From contig CAWCRS010000003.1 of assembly GCA_963798085.1 (NCBI GenBank), positions 704,001 through 768,000 on the forward strand: DNA of 64,000 nt. The letters are read 5' to 3'. Source of the stretch: an uncultured Gemmatimonadales bacterium (lineage in GTDB: Bacteria; Gemmatimonadota; Gemmatimonadetes; Longimicrobiales; RSA9). The notes under the pieces are model-generated. The model was not told the DNA's origin. It searched no databases and saw only the letters and a program-made list of their open reading frames with translations. This document shows positions 9,723 to 20,687 of the stretch, piece after piece (position 1 is the stretch's first letter; every line of letters begins with the position of its first letter). Both the position numbers and the translations under genes were made by a program.

Positions 9723-11996
9723 TCAGAGACTGACCTGCAGGCGATCCCCGTTGAAGGTGACGCGCCGGATGGCGGTCTCACCGGCCAGGCGGACTTCAAT
9801 GCGGCGACTCGCCGGCGGACGCATGTGCGACCCATCCGCAAGACGGAGTGTCAGTGTACGGTCCGCGTCGCGCCACTCCATGAGCATGCGCATGCCGCCG
9901 TCCTTCTGATAATCGAGCGTCAGGCCATCGTCTTCGTACACGCTGGCCTGTCCATCCTGACCAGGATGAACCATGAGGGTGAGCGGTTCGTCGACGGGCT
10001 CGCTCGTGTACTGGCGCACGGGACCGAGCGGCAGGATGGCGCCGGCGCGCACGAAGAGCGGCGTCGTCTGCAGATCGACAGGGCGCACGACTTCGCGGCC
10101 GCCTGCGAGGCGTTCGCTGGTCCAGAAGTCGTACCACTCGCCTGCGGGCAGCCAGACGGTGCGCCGGGTGACGCCTTTCTCGAGTACCGGCGCGACGAGC
10201 AGGTCACGGCCCCAGAGGTACTCGTCGGCGCGGGCCGCGGCGGCAGGGTCGTCGGGGTAGTGCAGCCAGAGCGCGCGCATGACGGGCATTCCCGTGTCGT
10301 GCGTCTCGCGCGCGGCCGTGTAGAGATACGGCAGCAGGCGGTAGCGCAGCTCGAGGTATTTGCGGCAGATGGGCTCGACCTGCGCGTTGTGCAATTCTTC
10401 GGGCGGCGGATTGCCGGCGCCGCCCGTGTAGTTCGCGATCTCGTCGTGACCCAGCTCGCCGGTGTTCCAGCCCCATGGCAGACGCAGGTGCCAGGTGCGA
10501 CCGTGCGCGCGGAACAGCGTGCAGAAGGCGCCGAACTGGAACCAGCGCACGTGCAGCTCGCCGGTGTACTCGGGCGTGGGCACGAAACCGCCGATGTCGG
10601 TGCCCCACCATGGAATGCCGCTCAACCCCGTGTTAATGGCGACCGCCACGTGCGTGCGCAGCGTTTCCCACGTCGAGTAGACATCGCCTGACCACAGGAA
10701 TGCCGCGTACCTGGCCATGCCCGCATACCCGTTACGGTGCAGCGCGAAGGGTCGCTGGCCCGGGCGTAACAGTTGTGTTCCATCCCAGTACATGCGGATG
10801 CGAGCGAGGCGGGATGCAGCGTCGAGGCCATCGCCCTGATCGGGCCACCAGCCATCGATGCCCTGCTGGAACACCTTGCGATGGATGGGCCAGTAGCAGC
10901 CGACGCGCTGCTCGTCGGGCCAGTTCTGTCCCGAGCCGGTGGTGGCTGGTGGATCGGGGCAGGGGTCGCCGACAGAGCCGATGAGGCGACGGCCTTCCAG
11001 CACGACGTGCAGCACGACGTGGTAGTGCAGCGCGTGCAGCTGGTCGAGCATGGCCTGCGGGTCGGGGAACACCTTCGGGTTCCAGTCAAACTCGCCGTTA
11101 CGCGTGTTCCAGCCCGACGGCGTGAAGCCGGTCCCGAGGTAGATCAGCGAATCACAGGGCAGCCGCTTTTCGCGGAAGGTGCGCGCCACCCACAGCACTT
11201 CCCCGGGTCCGGAGAGTGTGCGGTGCGACTGGTGGTAGCCGAACGACCATAGCGGCGGCAATTCGGGCCGGCCGGTCAGGCGAGCCCACTCGCCCATGAT
11301 GGCGACCGGGTCCTGTGCTTCGACAATGAAGATGTCGAGCGGCAGCGCGGCGCCCGGGGGCGGTGTGAAGCGCGCGGGTGCGCTGCTGAGATCGAAGCTG
11401 CCCAGCGGCTGGTGCACATAGAGCGCCCAGCCGTCCGTGCTGACCAGCCACTGGATGGGGACGCGGCCACCGTGCGTGCGCAGCTGATAACCGCCCTGTC
11501 CGCTGCGCATGCTGTAGCTCGCGCCCCTGCGATCGAACTGCGGTCCGCCCTCGCCCATGCCGAGGATGGGGCCGCGGCCGGGATCGAACGTGATTTCGCC
11601 GGTGGCTTCGTCAATGCGCAGCTCCTGCACCATGCGCCCGTCCGGCCGCGCGATGCGCAGTCTGAGCGGCGCTTCCGCGAGCGCCACGCGGAACGCGCCC
11701 ACGCTAACCGGACTGTTATCGGACGGGGCCACGCGTGTCGCCGGCGGGGGAACGGCTCCGACGAGCGCGCCATCGTCCGGGATGGCACTGGCGGATGGGA
11801 CAGCGGCCTGCACGCGGATGCGCAGGGTTGCGGGACTGACGGCGACCGCGGCGATCTCCACCGCCTGCCCGGCGATACGCAGCGCGGAGCTGCGCCAGCG
11901 CGCGGCAGGGCCGAGCAGGGCGAGCGCGGTGGACGAACCCAGCTGTCTTACGGCCTCGCGGCGCGAAATCGGGCTGCCTGCCTCGAAGTCTGTCAT
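9723..11996 (-). CDS. Tat-exported GH31 alpha-glycosidase (alpha-glucosidase/xylosidase-like)
   Basis: SRREAVRQLG twin-Arg signal; motifs PPLWSFGYHQS, GIDGWWPD, WSGDV, WGTDIGGF, RWFQFGAF, RYRLLPYLYT. Confidence 0.92.
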   Translation of the reverse strand: MTDFEAGSPISRREAVRQLGSSTALALLGPAARWRSSALRIAGQAVEIAAVAVSPATLRIRVQAAVPSASAIPDDGALVGAVPPPATRVAPSDNSPVSVGAFRVALAEAPLRLRIARPDGRMVQELRIDEATGEITFDPGRGPILGMGEGGPQFDRRGASYSMRSGQGGYQLRTHGGRVPIQWLVSTDGWALYVHQPLGSFDLSSAPARFTPPPGAALPLDIFIVEAQDPVAIMGEWARLTGRPELPPLWSFGYHQSHRTLSGPGEVLWVARTFREKRLPCDSLIYLGTGFTPSGWNTRNGEFDWNPKVFPDPQAMLDQLHALHYHVVLHVVLEGRRLIGSVGDPCPDPPATTGSGQNWPDEQRVGCYWPIHRKVFQQGIDGWWPDQGDGLDAASRLARIRMYWDGTQLLRPGQRPFALHRNGYAGMARYAAFLWSGDVYSTWETLRTHVAVAINTGLSGIPWWGTDIGGFVPTPEYTGELHVRWFQFGAFCTLFRAHGRTWHLRLPWGWNTGELGHDEIANYTGGAGNPPPEELHNAQVEPICRKYLELRYRLLPYLYTAARETHDTGMPVMRALWLHYPDDPAAAARADEYLWGRDLLVAPVLEKGVTRRTVWLPAGEWYDFWTSERLAGGREVVRPVDLQTTPLFVRAGAILPLGPVRQYTSEPVDEPLTLMVHPGQDGQASVYEDDGLTLDYQKDGGMRMLMEWRDADRTLTLRLADGSHMRPPASRRIEVRLAGETAIRRVTFNGDRLQVSL

Positions 11997-12083
11997 CCCG
12001 CCGCGCTCCGCTCTCCGGTGTGAGACTGCGATGGTCGGACCGGAGAGTACGCGGCGGCGGTGATGCCTCGCCAGCGGCGCCGG

Positions 12084-14724
12084 TCAGCGAGCGGGCAGCG
12101 TGAAGGAAAAGAATGTTGCCCCGGCCGGGGCCGGAATCGAGCCACAGGGCGCCGCCGTGAGCGCGCACGATCTGGCGGGCCCGTGCCAGGCCGGTGACCG
12201 GCTGATCTGCCTCGCCGGTGAGCGGGTCGAAGATGGCGGCCTGCTCGTCGAGCGGGATCGGCTGGCCGTTGTCGACCACGGAGAACTGCACGGCGCTGCG
12301 CACTTCATCGGCGTACACGGTGACGCGGCCTTCGCGACCAGCGAGGCGGGCGGCGTTAGCGAGCAGTGTTGCGAACACCGCGGTTATGCGCTCCCGATCG
12401 ACGAGGACAGCGGGTGCGTCGTCGTCCACTTCCGTATCCACGTGCGGGTGCGGGCCCGGCCTCGCGGTGAAAGCCTGCAGCGCGTCCTGAACCAGCTGCG
12501 CGGGTGAGAGCGGCTTCAATGTGAGTGCGGTGCGTCCTTCCTCCAGTGCCGTGAAGTCCAGCAGCTCATCGGCCAGGCGGCGCACGCGGGCGAGGTCAAT
12601 GCTGGCGGCCGCGAGGCGGGCGCGGTCTTCACGGCTGCATTCGGGGGCGAGCGACTGGTCCAGCCGGTCCAGGTTGGAGGCCAGGCTGGCGAGCGGCGCG
12701 CGCAGCTCGCGGGAAGCGCGCGTCACGAACTCGGTCCTGAGCCGATCCATGTCCTCGCGCTGGCGCGCGCGGCGGGTTTCTTCCTCGAGCCGTTCGCGTT
12801 CGATGGTGGCGGCGATCTGGCGCGCGAAGACATCGAGCAGGTGCAGCTGCTCGGGATCGCGCAGGCGAGCCCCACTGGCCGGTTTCACGGCGAGCACGCC
12901 CACGGCGCCGCGCGCCGCCACCAGGGGCACGTGCAGGGCGGCGGCGCTGGGCAGGGTGTCGGTGCCGGCGCCGGCCGGCTTGCGGTGGTCGAAGGCCCAC
13001 CGGGCGACGGCTAACTCATGGTTATCGAGTGACGGCCGGCCTGCCGCGGCGGCCACGTCCAGCCGGCCCTGCGCGTCCGGCAGCAGCACGGCTGCGTCGC
13101 TGCCGAACACGGCGGCAATGTGGCGCACGCCGGTCTGCAGGGCGCGATCCAGCTCGGGCGTCTGGCCCAGGTCGCGGCTCATCTCGTAGAGTGCGGCTGT
13201 CCGCTGTTCGCGGTGCCGCGCGCTCTGCGAGCGCAGCTTGAGTCGCGCCGTGAGGCTGGAGATGACGAGCGCCACGGCCAGCATCACGAGGAAGGTGATC
13301 ACGTACTGCGTGTCGGAAACGGCGAAGGTGAGGTGCGGTGGCACGAAGAAGAAGTCGAACGCGGCGACGCTCAGGATGGAGGCCAGAATGGATGGCCGGC
13401 GGCCCAGGCGTGCCGCCACCATGGTGATGGCGAGCAGGAATACCATCACGATGTTAACGAGTTCGAACCAGGGCCGCATCGCGCTGCCGATGAGGGTGCA
13501 GGCGACGACCGCGAGCATGGCCCACAGGTAACCGCTGCGCGCGTCCTCGACGGGTGCAGCCACGCGTCGCGGCACGGCCTCCTCGCCCGGCTCGCCGCTG
13601 ATCACGTACACATCGACGTCGCCGCTGGCGCGCACCACGTTGTCGAGCAGCGAGCCGAGGAGTCGGTCGCGGATGCGCGTGTGCGCGGGCTTGCCCACGA
13701 CCAGCTTGGTGACGTTGTGCGTGCGCGCGTAACTCAACAGCTCGGTGGCCGTGTCGGTGCCGCTGACACTCACCGTGTGGCCGCCCAGCTGTTCGGCCAG
13801 GCGCAGTGTTTCCCAGACGCGGGAGCGGTCCGCCTCGGACCAGCTGGTGTACGCCGGTGTTTCCACGAATGCGGCGATCCATTCGGCGCCGAGCCGTTCC
13901 GCCATGCGCTTGGTGGCGCGCACCAGCCGTTGTGAGCTGGGCGCCGCGCCCACGGCGACGAGCACCCGTTCGCGCACCGGCCAGGTTTCGGCGACACCTG
14001 TGGCGCGGCGATACACCTGCATCTGGGCGTCGACGCGTTCCGCGAGGTGTCGCAGCGCGAGCTGGCGGAGTGCGATGAGGTTTCCCTTGCGGAAGAAGGA
14101 CTGCGCCGCTCTCGTCGCCTGCTCCGGCACATAGACCTTGCCCTCGCGCAGGCGCTGCAGCAGTTCCCCGGGTGGCAGATCCACGAGTTCGATCTCGTCC
14201 GCCTGCTCGAGCACGGCGTCAGGAACGGTTTCGCGCACGCGCACGTGTGTGATGCGGGCGACGACATCGTTCAGGCTCTCGAGGTGCTGCACGTTCATCG
14301 CCGCGTACACGTCGATGCCGGCATCGAGCAGTTCCTCGACATCCTGCCAGCGTTTGACGTGGCGCGAGCCGGGTGCGTTCGTGTGCGCCAGCTCATCGAC
14401 AAGGATGAGTGCGGGGTGGCGTGCGAGTGCGCCGTCGAGGTCGAATTCCGTGAGCGTGACGCCGCCGTGCGCAATGCTGCGGCGAGGCAGTACTTCGAGG
14501 CCGTCGAGCAGCGCTTCGGTCTCGGCGCGGCCGTGCGTTTCGATGACGCCGACCACGACATCGGTGGCGGCGCGCTGCTGCAGATGCGCGGCTTCGAGCA
14601 TGGCGTAGGTCTTGCCCACGCCTGCCGCCGCCCCCAGGAAGACCTTGAGGCGGCCGCGCTTTCGTTCGGCTTCGACCTTCACCTGCGCGAGCAGGGCGTC
14701 TGGATCGGGGCGTGCGTTCTCCAC
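12084..14724 (-). CDS. kdpD: KdpD sensor (KdpD-N, USP, 4-TM DUF4118, GAF) with degenerate kinase module; frameshift near 12120
   Basis: GRLKVFLGAAAGVGKTYAML, VDELAHTN, RWQDVEELLDAGIDV. The natural end FSFTLPAR* lies in the frame stopping at 12084. The H-box reads SRELRAPL. Confidence 0.9.
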
Positions 14725-14777
14725 GCTAACCGTTCGTCAGAAGTCGGCGTCCCCTGTGCAACCGTGCGCGCTCTGCA

Positions 14778-15383
14778 TCATTGCGACGGCCCGCCCCTGG
14801 CCCCGCCCGCGCGGGCCAGAGAATCGAGCGCGAGGTTCAGGCGCAGCACGTTTACGCGCGGCTCACCCAGAAAGCCGAACGTGCGGCCCTGCACATGACG
14901 ATGCACGAGCGCATTCACCGAATCAACAGACAGGCTGCGCGCCATGGCCACGCGGTGCGCCTGGTAGAGCGCCGCCGCGGGCGAGATATCGGGATCGAGA
15001 CCGCTGCTCGACGCAGTGACGAGGTCGACGGGCACCGGTCCGGTCACCGTGGGGTCCGCTGCATGCAGCTCGTTCACGCGCGCAGCAACAGCCTTTGCCA
15101 GGTCCTCACTGGTCGGCCCGTAGTTCGAGCCCGAGGAACTCGCGGCATTGTACGGCTGCGGCCCGGTTGCAGACAGACGGCTCCAGAACCACTCGGGCCC
15201 ACTGAAGCGCTGGCCAATGAGCGCGGAGCCGACCACGACGTTGTCGCGGCTGATCAGACTGCCATTGGCCTGACGCGGGAACACCAGCTGGGCGAAGCCG
15301 GTCATGACCAGCGGGTAGAGGATCCCGGTGAGCAGCGTGAAGGCCGCCAGCATGATAACCGCAGGTTTGAGTTGTTCGCGCAT
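14778..15383 (-). CDS. kdpC: K+-transporting ATPase subunit C
   Basis: FPRQANGSLI, SALIGQRF, SSGSNYGP, DLVTASSSGLDPDIS, GEPRVNVLRLNLALD. Confidence 0.97.
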   Translation of the reverse strand: MREQLKPAVIMLAAFTLLTGILYPLVMTGFAQLVFPRQANGSLISRDNVVVGSALIGQRFSGPEWFWSRLSATGPQPYNAASSSGSNYGPTSEDLAKAVAARVNELHAADPTVTGPVPVDLVTASSSGLDPDISPAAALYQAHRVAMARSLSVDSVNALVHRHVQGRTFGFLGEPRVNVLRLNLALDSLARAGGARGGPSQ

Positions 15384-15399
15384 GGTTGTTTCCTCCGCG

Positions 15400-17472
15400 T
15401 CACACGAGGCGCAATGTGACGAGCAGCATGTCCACGATCTTGATGCCGATGAAGGGCGCGATCAGACCGCCCACGCCGTAGACCAGCAGATTGTCCCGCA
15501 GCAGCCTCGCCGCCGCCTTTGCCCGGTACTTCACGCCCTTGAGCGCCAGCGGGATCAGGGCAACGATGATCAGCGCGTTGAAGATGACGGCGGAGAGGAT
15601 GGCGCTCTCGGGTGTGGCCAGGTGCATGATGTTGAGCGCATTGAGCTCCGGGTAAGTCGCCACGAACGCAGCGGGAAGAATCGCGAAATACTTGGCCACG
15701 TCGTTGGCGATGCTGAACGTGGTCAGCGAGCCGCGGGTCATGAGCAGCTGTTTGCCGATCTCGACGATCTCGAGCAGCTTCGTGGGGTTGGAGTCGAGGT
15801 CGACCATGTTCGCGGCCTCGCGGGCGGCCTGCGTGCCCGCGTTCATGGCGACCGCGACATCCGCCTGCGCCAGTGCCGGCGCGTCGTTCGTGCCATCGCC
15901 GGTCATGGCGACGAGGTGACCCCCTTCCTGGTGCTTCCTGATAAGCTTGAGTTTGTCCTCCGGCGTGGCTTCGGCAAGGAAGTCGTCGACGCCGGCCTCC
16001 GCGGCAATCGCCGCCGCAGTAAGCGGGTTGTCGCCCGTGATCATGACCGTGCGGATGCCCATGGCGCGCAGGTCACCGAAGCGCTCGCGGATGCCGCCCT
16101 TCACAATGTCCTTGAGGTTGATGGCGCCGAGGACGCGCTCGTTCTCGGAGACGACGAGCGGCGTGCCGCCGCTGCGCGCAATGCGCTCGACGGACTGCAC
16201 GACATCCGGCGGCATGGTGCCACCCAGAGTGGTGACGTGGGCGGTGATCGCGTCAGGCGCGCCCTTGCGCAGCACCCGTCCGTCGAGGTTGGCGCCGCTC
16301 ATGCGCAGCTGCGCGGAGAAGGGAACGAACTGCGCGTGCAGCTGGTGCACGTCGCGCTGGCGCAGATTGAACTGCTGCTTTGCCAGCACGACAATGCTGC
16401 GTCCCTCGGGCGTTTCATCGGCGAGCGAGGCGAGCTGCGCCGCATCGCCCAGGCGGCTGGCCTCGATGCCCGCGGCCGGCACGAACTCGACGGCCTGGCG
16501 GTTGCCCAGCGTGATGGTGCCGGTCTTGTCGAGCAGCAGCACATCGACATCACCGGCGGCCTCGACCGCGCGCCCCGATGTGGCAATGACGTTCGCCTGG
16601 ATCATGCGATCCATTCCGGCAATGCCGATGGCGGAGAGCAGCGCGCCAATGGTGGTCGGGATGAGGCAGACGAGCAGTGCGGTCACCACGGTGATGCTGA
16701 TGGGGCTACCGTGGCCCGCCTGGGCAACACTGAGGAGCGAGAAGGGCACCAGCGTCGCGCAGGCGAGCAGGAAGATGATGGTGAACGCGGCGAGCAGAAT
16801 GTCGAGCGCGATCTCGTTGGGCGTTTTCTGGCGCGCGGCGCCCTCGACCAGCCCGATCATGCGATCGAGGAACGACTGTCCCGGTTCGGCGGTCACGCGG
16901 ACCACGAGCCAGTCCGACAGCACGCGCGTGCCGCCGGTCACGCCGCTGCGGTCCCCGCCCGCCTCCCGGATGACGGGCGCGCTTTCGCCGGTGATCGCGC
17001 TCTCATCGACGGAGGCGACGCCCTGGATCACCTCGCCATCGGCGGGGATCACATCGCCGGCGACGCACAGCACCACCTCGTCTCGTTTCAGTGACGATGC
17101 CGCGACCAGTTCGTATAACTCGCGGTTATCGGGGTCGAGCAGCTGCCTGGCCTTTGTCTCGGTGCGCGTGCGCCGCAGCGCGTCGGCCTGCGCCTTGCCT
17201 CGACCCTCCGCCATCGCTTCCGCGAAGTTGGCGAACAGCACCGTGAACCACAGCCAGATGGACACGGCGATGATGAAGCCGGCCGGTGCCTCGCCGTGTC
17301 CGCGCAGCGCCTGCAATCCGAGGCCGGTGGTGAGGGCGGCGCCCACCAGCACCACGAACATCACCGGATTCCGGATCTGATGTCGCGGGCTCAGCTTGAG
17401 GAAGGCGTCGCCGAGCGCGCGACGGGCGATCCGCGGATCGAACAGGGAGCGACGTTCAATGCGTTCAGACAT
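15400..17472 (-). CDS. kdpB: K+-transporting P-type ATPase subunit B
   Basis: NPVMFVV, TGES, DKTGT, KGA, MITGDN and [11 protein letters not shown] motifs. Confidence 0.98.
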   Translation of the reverse strand: MSERIERRSLFDPRIARRALGDAFLKLSPRHQIRNPVMFVVLVGAALTTGLGLQALRGHGEAPAGFIIAVSIWLWFTVLFANFAEAMAEGRGKAQADALRRTRTETKARQLLDPDNRELYELVAASSLKRDEVVLCVAGDVIPADGEVIQGVASVDESAITGESAPVIREAGGDRSGVTGGTRVLSDWLVVRVTAEPGQSFLDRMIGLVEGAARQKTPNEIALDILLAAFTIIFLLACATLVPFSLLSVAQAGHGSPISITVVTALLVCLIPTTIGALLSAIGIAGMDRMIQANVIATSGRAVEAAGDVDVLLLDKTGTITLGNRQAVEFVPAAGIEASRLGDAAQLASLADETPEGRSIVVLAKQQFNLRQRDVHQLHAQFVPFSAQLRMSGANLDGRVLRKGAPDAITAHVTTLGGTMPPDVVQSVERIARSGGTPLVVSENERVLGAINLKDIVKGGIRERFGDLRAMGIRTVMITGDNPLTAAAIAAEAGVDDFLAEATPEDKLKLIRKHQEGGHLVAMTGDGTNDAPALAQADVAVAMNAGTQAAREAANMVDLDSNPTKLLEIVEIGKQLLMTRGSLTTFSIANDVAKYFAILPAAFVATYPELNALNIMHLATPESAILSAVIFNALIIVALIPLALKGVKYRAKAAARLLRDNLLVYGVGGLIAPFIGIKIVDMLLVTLRLV

Positions 17473-17486
17473 GATCAGGTCCGGGT

Positions 17487-19229
17487 TCAGTGAAGCATCT
17501 GGAGGTGCTCGACAATGGGACCGAGCGCGAGCGCCGGCAGGAACGTGAGCGCACCTACGATGAGCACGACGCCGACCAGCAGCGCCACGAACAGCGGCGT
17601 GTGCGTGGGCAGCGTGCCGGCACCCGCCGGCACCGTCTTCTTGCGCGCGAGCGAGCCCGCAATGGCGAGCACGGGGATCATGAGCCAGAAGCGAGCGATC
17701 AGCATGGCGATGCCGCCGATGGTGTCCACCAGCGGAACGGCCGCGTTGTAGCCGGCGAACGCGCTGCCATTGTTGTTGCCCATGGAGCTGTACGCGTACA
17801 GGATCTCGCTGAATCCGTGCGCGCCGGTGTTGTGCAGCGAGGCCGCGCCCGCGGGTGCGGCCGCCGTAATGGCCGTGGCGAGCAGCACGACCGCGGGCGG
17901 GATGAGGATGCAGAGCGCGGCCATCTTCATCTCGAACGGCTCGATCTTCTTGCCCAGGTACTCCGGTGTGCGACCCACCATGAGGCCGGACACGAAGACC
18001 GCGACAATGGCGAACATGAGCATGCCGTAGAGGCCCGAGCCCACGCCGCCGTACACGACCTCACCCAGCTGCATCAGCACCATGGGCACCAGCCCTCCCA
18101 GCGGCGTATACGAGTCGTGCATGGAGTTGACGGAACCGTTGGAGGCGGCGGTCGTCGTGGTCGCCCATAACGCGGAGTTAGTGATGCCGAAACGGACCTC
18201 CTTGCCTTCCATGTTGCCGCCGGACTGGAGCTGACTGACGGTCTGGTCGGCGCCCAGCGCGCTGAGCCGCGGATTGCCGTGCTGCTCGGCCCGGAAACAG
18301 AGCGCGAGAAAGCCGACGAGGATGATGGTCATGGCGGCGAGGAGGGCCCAGCCCTGGCGCGTGTCGCCGACCATGCGACCGAACGTGTAGCACACTGCGC
18401 CCGAGATCACGAGAATGCTGAGCAGCTCGAAGAAGTTGGAGATGGGCGTGGGGTTCTCCAGCGGGTGCGACGAGTTCACGTTGAAGAAGCCGCCGCCGTT
18501 CGTGCCCAGCTGCTTGATCGCGACCTGCGAAGCCGCGGGTCCGAGCGCGATGGTCTGCGCGCTGATCGCCTTGCCCGCCGCGTCCGCGGCGGGCTGCACG
18601 AGCTGCGCGCTGACGGAACCGTGCAGCGTCTGCACGACGCCCTGCGAGATGAGGATGACCGCGAGTACAATGGAGAGCGGCAGCAGGATGTAGAGTGTGC
18701 TGCGTGTCAGGTCCACCCAGAAGTTGCCGATCGTCTTTTCCTCGCGGCGGGAGAAGCCGCGGAACAGCGCCACCATGACGGCGAGGCCGGCCGCGGCGGA
18801 GACGAAGTTCTGGACCGTGAGCCCGGCCATCTGTACGAAATGGCTGAGCGTGGTTTCGCCGCCATAGGCCTGCCAGTTGGTGTTCGTCGCGAAGCTGGCG
18901 GCCGTGTTGAAGGCGAGGTGCGACGTGACCGCGGTGAAGCCCTGCGGATCGAGCGGCAGCACGCCCTGCAGCCGCTGCAGCGCGTAGACGACGAGCAGGC
19001 TGAGCATGCTGAAGAGCATCACGGCGATGGCGTACGTCTGCCAGCTCATCTCGGCGTCTTCGCGCACGCCACTGATGCGGTAGAAGAACCGCTCGATGGG
19101 GTCGAGTGCCGGCGTCAGCCAGGTGCGCCGGCCCTCGTAGACCCGGACCATGTAGATGCCCAGCGGCTTCGCCAGTGCCAGCAGCACGAGCAGGTAGAAG
19201 CCGAGCTGGAGAAATGCGTTCGTGGTCAT
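17487..19229 (-). CDS. kdpA: K+-transporting ATPase subunit A
   Basis: [52 protein letters not shown]. Confidence 0.98.
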   Translation of the reverse strand: MTTNAFLQLGFYLLVLLALAKPLGIYMVRVYEGRRTWLTPALDPIERFFYRISGVREDAEMSWQTYAIAVMLFSMLSLLVVYALQRLQGVLPLDPQGFTAVTSHLAFNTAASFATNTNWQAYGGETTLSHFVQMAGLTVQNFVSAAAGLAVMVALFRGFSRREEKTIGNFWVDLTRSTLYILLPLSIVLAVILISQGVVQTLHGSVSAQLVQPAADAAGKAISAQTIALGPAASQVAIKQLGTNGGGFFNVNSSHPLENPTPISNFFELLSILVISGAVCYTFGRMVGDTRQGWALLAAMTIILVGFLALCFRAEQHGNPRLSALGADQTVSQLQSGGNMEGKEVRFGITNSALWATTTTAASNGSVNSMHDSYTPLGGLVPMVLMQLGEVVYGGVGSGLYGMLMFAIVAVFVSGLMVGRTPEYLGKKIEPFEMKMAALCILIPPAVVLLATAITAAAPAGAASLHNTGAHGFSEILYAYSSMGNNNGSAFAGYNAAVPLVDTIGGIAMLIARFWLMIPVLAIAGSLARKKTVPAGAGTLPTHTPLFVALLVGVVLIVGALTFLPALALGPIVEHLQMLH

Positions 19230-19318
19230 GACAGTCGCTCCGGGTAGAGGAGGGCGACGAAGAGGTAGACGAGGAGCGCGGCAGCGATGATGATGCCCAG
19301 AACGTAGATCGCGGTCAT
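19226..19318 (-). CDS. kdpF: KdpF small subunit, 30 aa: [30 protein letters not shown]
   Basis: Translated by hand (not in ORF track). YLxxALxxPE motif, GGAAGGA RBS, ATGA overlap with kdpA. Confidence 0.92.
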   Translation of the reverse strand: MTAIYVLGIIIAAALLVYLFVALLYPERLS

Positions 19319-19343
19319 TGTGGTTCCTTCCGTTGCTCGAGAG

Positions 19344-19391
19344 CGCGGAGAGATCTCACGCGGAGGCGCGGAGGCACGGAGAACAGCGGAG
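19344..19391. repeat. Purine-rich 9-nt-period repeat (CACGCGGAGGCGCGGAGGCACGGAGAAC)
   Basis: Lies between the two kdp micropeptides; resembles 35843-35869. Confidence 0.6.
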
Positions 19392-19475
19392 TCACAGGCG
19401 CTCGATCAGTTTGATGAAGCCGAGGGACGCTGCGAAGAACAGCAGTGTCAGCGCAATGTAGAGTACGTCGGCCAT
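19392..19475 (-). CDS. 27-aa membrane micropeptide upstream of kdpF: MADVLYIALTLLFFAASLGFIKLIERL
   Basis: Translated by hand. GGGAG RBS and a single hydrophobic helix; position and pattern match extra kdp leader peptides. Confidence 0.75.
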   Translation of the reverse strand: MADVLYIALTLLFFAASLGFIKLIERL

Positions 19476-19508
19476 GGGAACGCTCCCGGTAGTGGATCAG
19501 GGTTCGCA

Positions 19509-20582
19509 TCAGAGTGTGATCGCAAGGGATGACAGCAGAAAGCCGTCGCGGCGGCCGGGTCCGTTGTGACCGGGCCAGACGCGCGCGTCCGAGCCGAACA
19601 GGCGGGCCTCCACGCGCAGCAGCACGTTAGACGACGGGCTGTGGTCCAGGTTCACGGAGCCGCCGCTGGTCACGAAGCCATTGGCGCCGCCGGTGCTGAC
19701 CACGACCTGGTCGGGATCATGGAAGTATTCTGCGCGCAGTCCCGCGGCCCAGGTCGGGCTCAGCGTGACGTGGCCGAGCAGCGCGGCCCCATACCACTGC
19801 GCGTTGCCCCCGGACGGTCGCTCCTGTGTGCCGAAATCGAAGACGCCGGCGACGGAGACGTGGTCGGACGCCGTGATCTGGGCATAGGTGTCCTGGAAAT
19901 AGCGGAGCTGGCGCGGCGGCAATGTGCTGCCTTCCGCGTCTGCCGCTTCGTTGCCGATGTAGTTGCTGTAGTTGAGCAGCAGCTTCGGTGATGCCTGGTA
20001 CGTCAGCTGCACGCCCACGGACTTGGCGTTATTCGTCTCGTGGATGTTCTGCCAGCCGTTGAGCACCAGCACCGCGGCGGTCAGCTTCGTGGATGCCTGC
20101 ACGGTCAGGCGGGCGCCGGTCTCGAAGAACGGCGAATAGTCCGCCATGAGCGAGCGGCTGACGGTCCAGTCCGAAGCCGAGACGGTCGACTCGAAGCCAA
20201 TGTGGGAAGGCAGCACACCTGCGTCGAGCCACGTCTTCGAGCCGAGCGCAATGCCGCCCCACGCCTCGAGAATGTGCTGCAGCAGCTGCGGCTCGGCGGC
20301 GTAGTTCGCCTGCACGTAGGTACCCGTTGCCAGCGTCACATTGGCACGGGCGCGCTCGCCCGTGTAGCGCGCCCGCAGAAGCGCGAGGTTCACATTGAAC
20401 TCGTTGTGGCGCAGCGGCTGCGTGGTGAACGCGCGATTGCGATCGAGCGGCCGGTTGAAATCGAACGCATAGTAGAAATCGACGAAGCCATCGAGCCTCG
20501 TTGCGGGCTGCGGCGTCTGCGCCGTTGCGCCGGCCGGCACCAGCAGCGCCAGCCAGCCCAGCCCCCGTCCCGGCCTCGACAT
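19509..20582 (-). CDS. Outer-membrane beta-barrel porin (BBP2/OmpL-like) of the kdp operon
   Basis: Signal peptide; GFVDFYYAFDFNRP, SHIGFES, SPFFETGARL, NGWQNI, LRAEYFHD; GGGAGG RBS. Confidence 0.8.
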   Translation of the reverse strand: MSRPGRGLGWLALLVPAGATAQTPQPATRLDGFVDFYYAFDFNRPLDRNRAFTTQPLRHNEFNVNLALLRARYTGERARANVTLATGTYVQANYAAEPQLLQHILEAWGGIALGSKTWLDAGVLPSHIGFESTVSASDWTVSRSLMADYSPFFETGARLTVQASTKLTAAVLVLNGWQNIHETNNAKSVGVQLTYQASPKLLLNYSNYIGNEAADAEGSTLPPRQLRYFQDTYAQITASDHVSVAGVFDFGTQERPSGGNAQWYGAALLGHVTLSPTWAAGLRAEYFHDPDQVVVSTGGANGFVTSGGSVNLDHSPSSNVLLRVEARLFGSDARVWPGHNGPGRRDGFLLSSLAITL

Positions 20583-20670
20583 CGTTTCCTCCCGACATGG
20601 GTGATCCAGCAGGACGCCACGAATCTGAGCTCTGCGCCGTCATGCGGGCACAAACGCGCGGGGCCCTCCG

Positions 20671-20687
20671 ATTAAGGAGTTGTTAAG
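20671..20687 (-). promoter_or_regulatory. Candidate KdpE binding site
   Basis: Minus-strand CTTAAC-AACTC-CTTAAT direct repeat at 11-bp period; an AT-rich island about 90-105 bp upstream of the porin-kdp operon. Confidence 0.5.

Noticed and set aside
11716..12083. C-terminal extension of KdpD overlapping the GH31 gene
   Set aside because: Read-through caused by a frameshift near 12120; the typical end FSFTLPAR* is at 12084.
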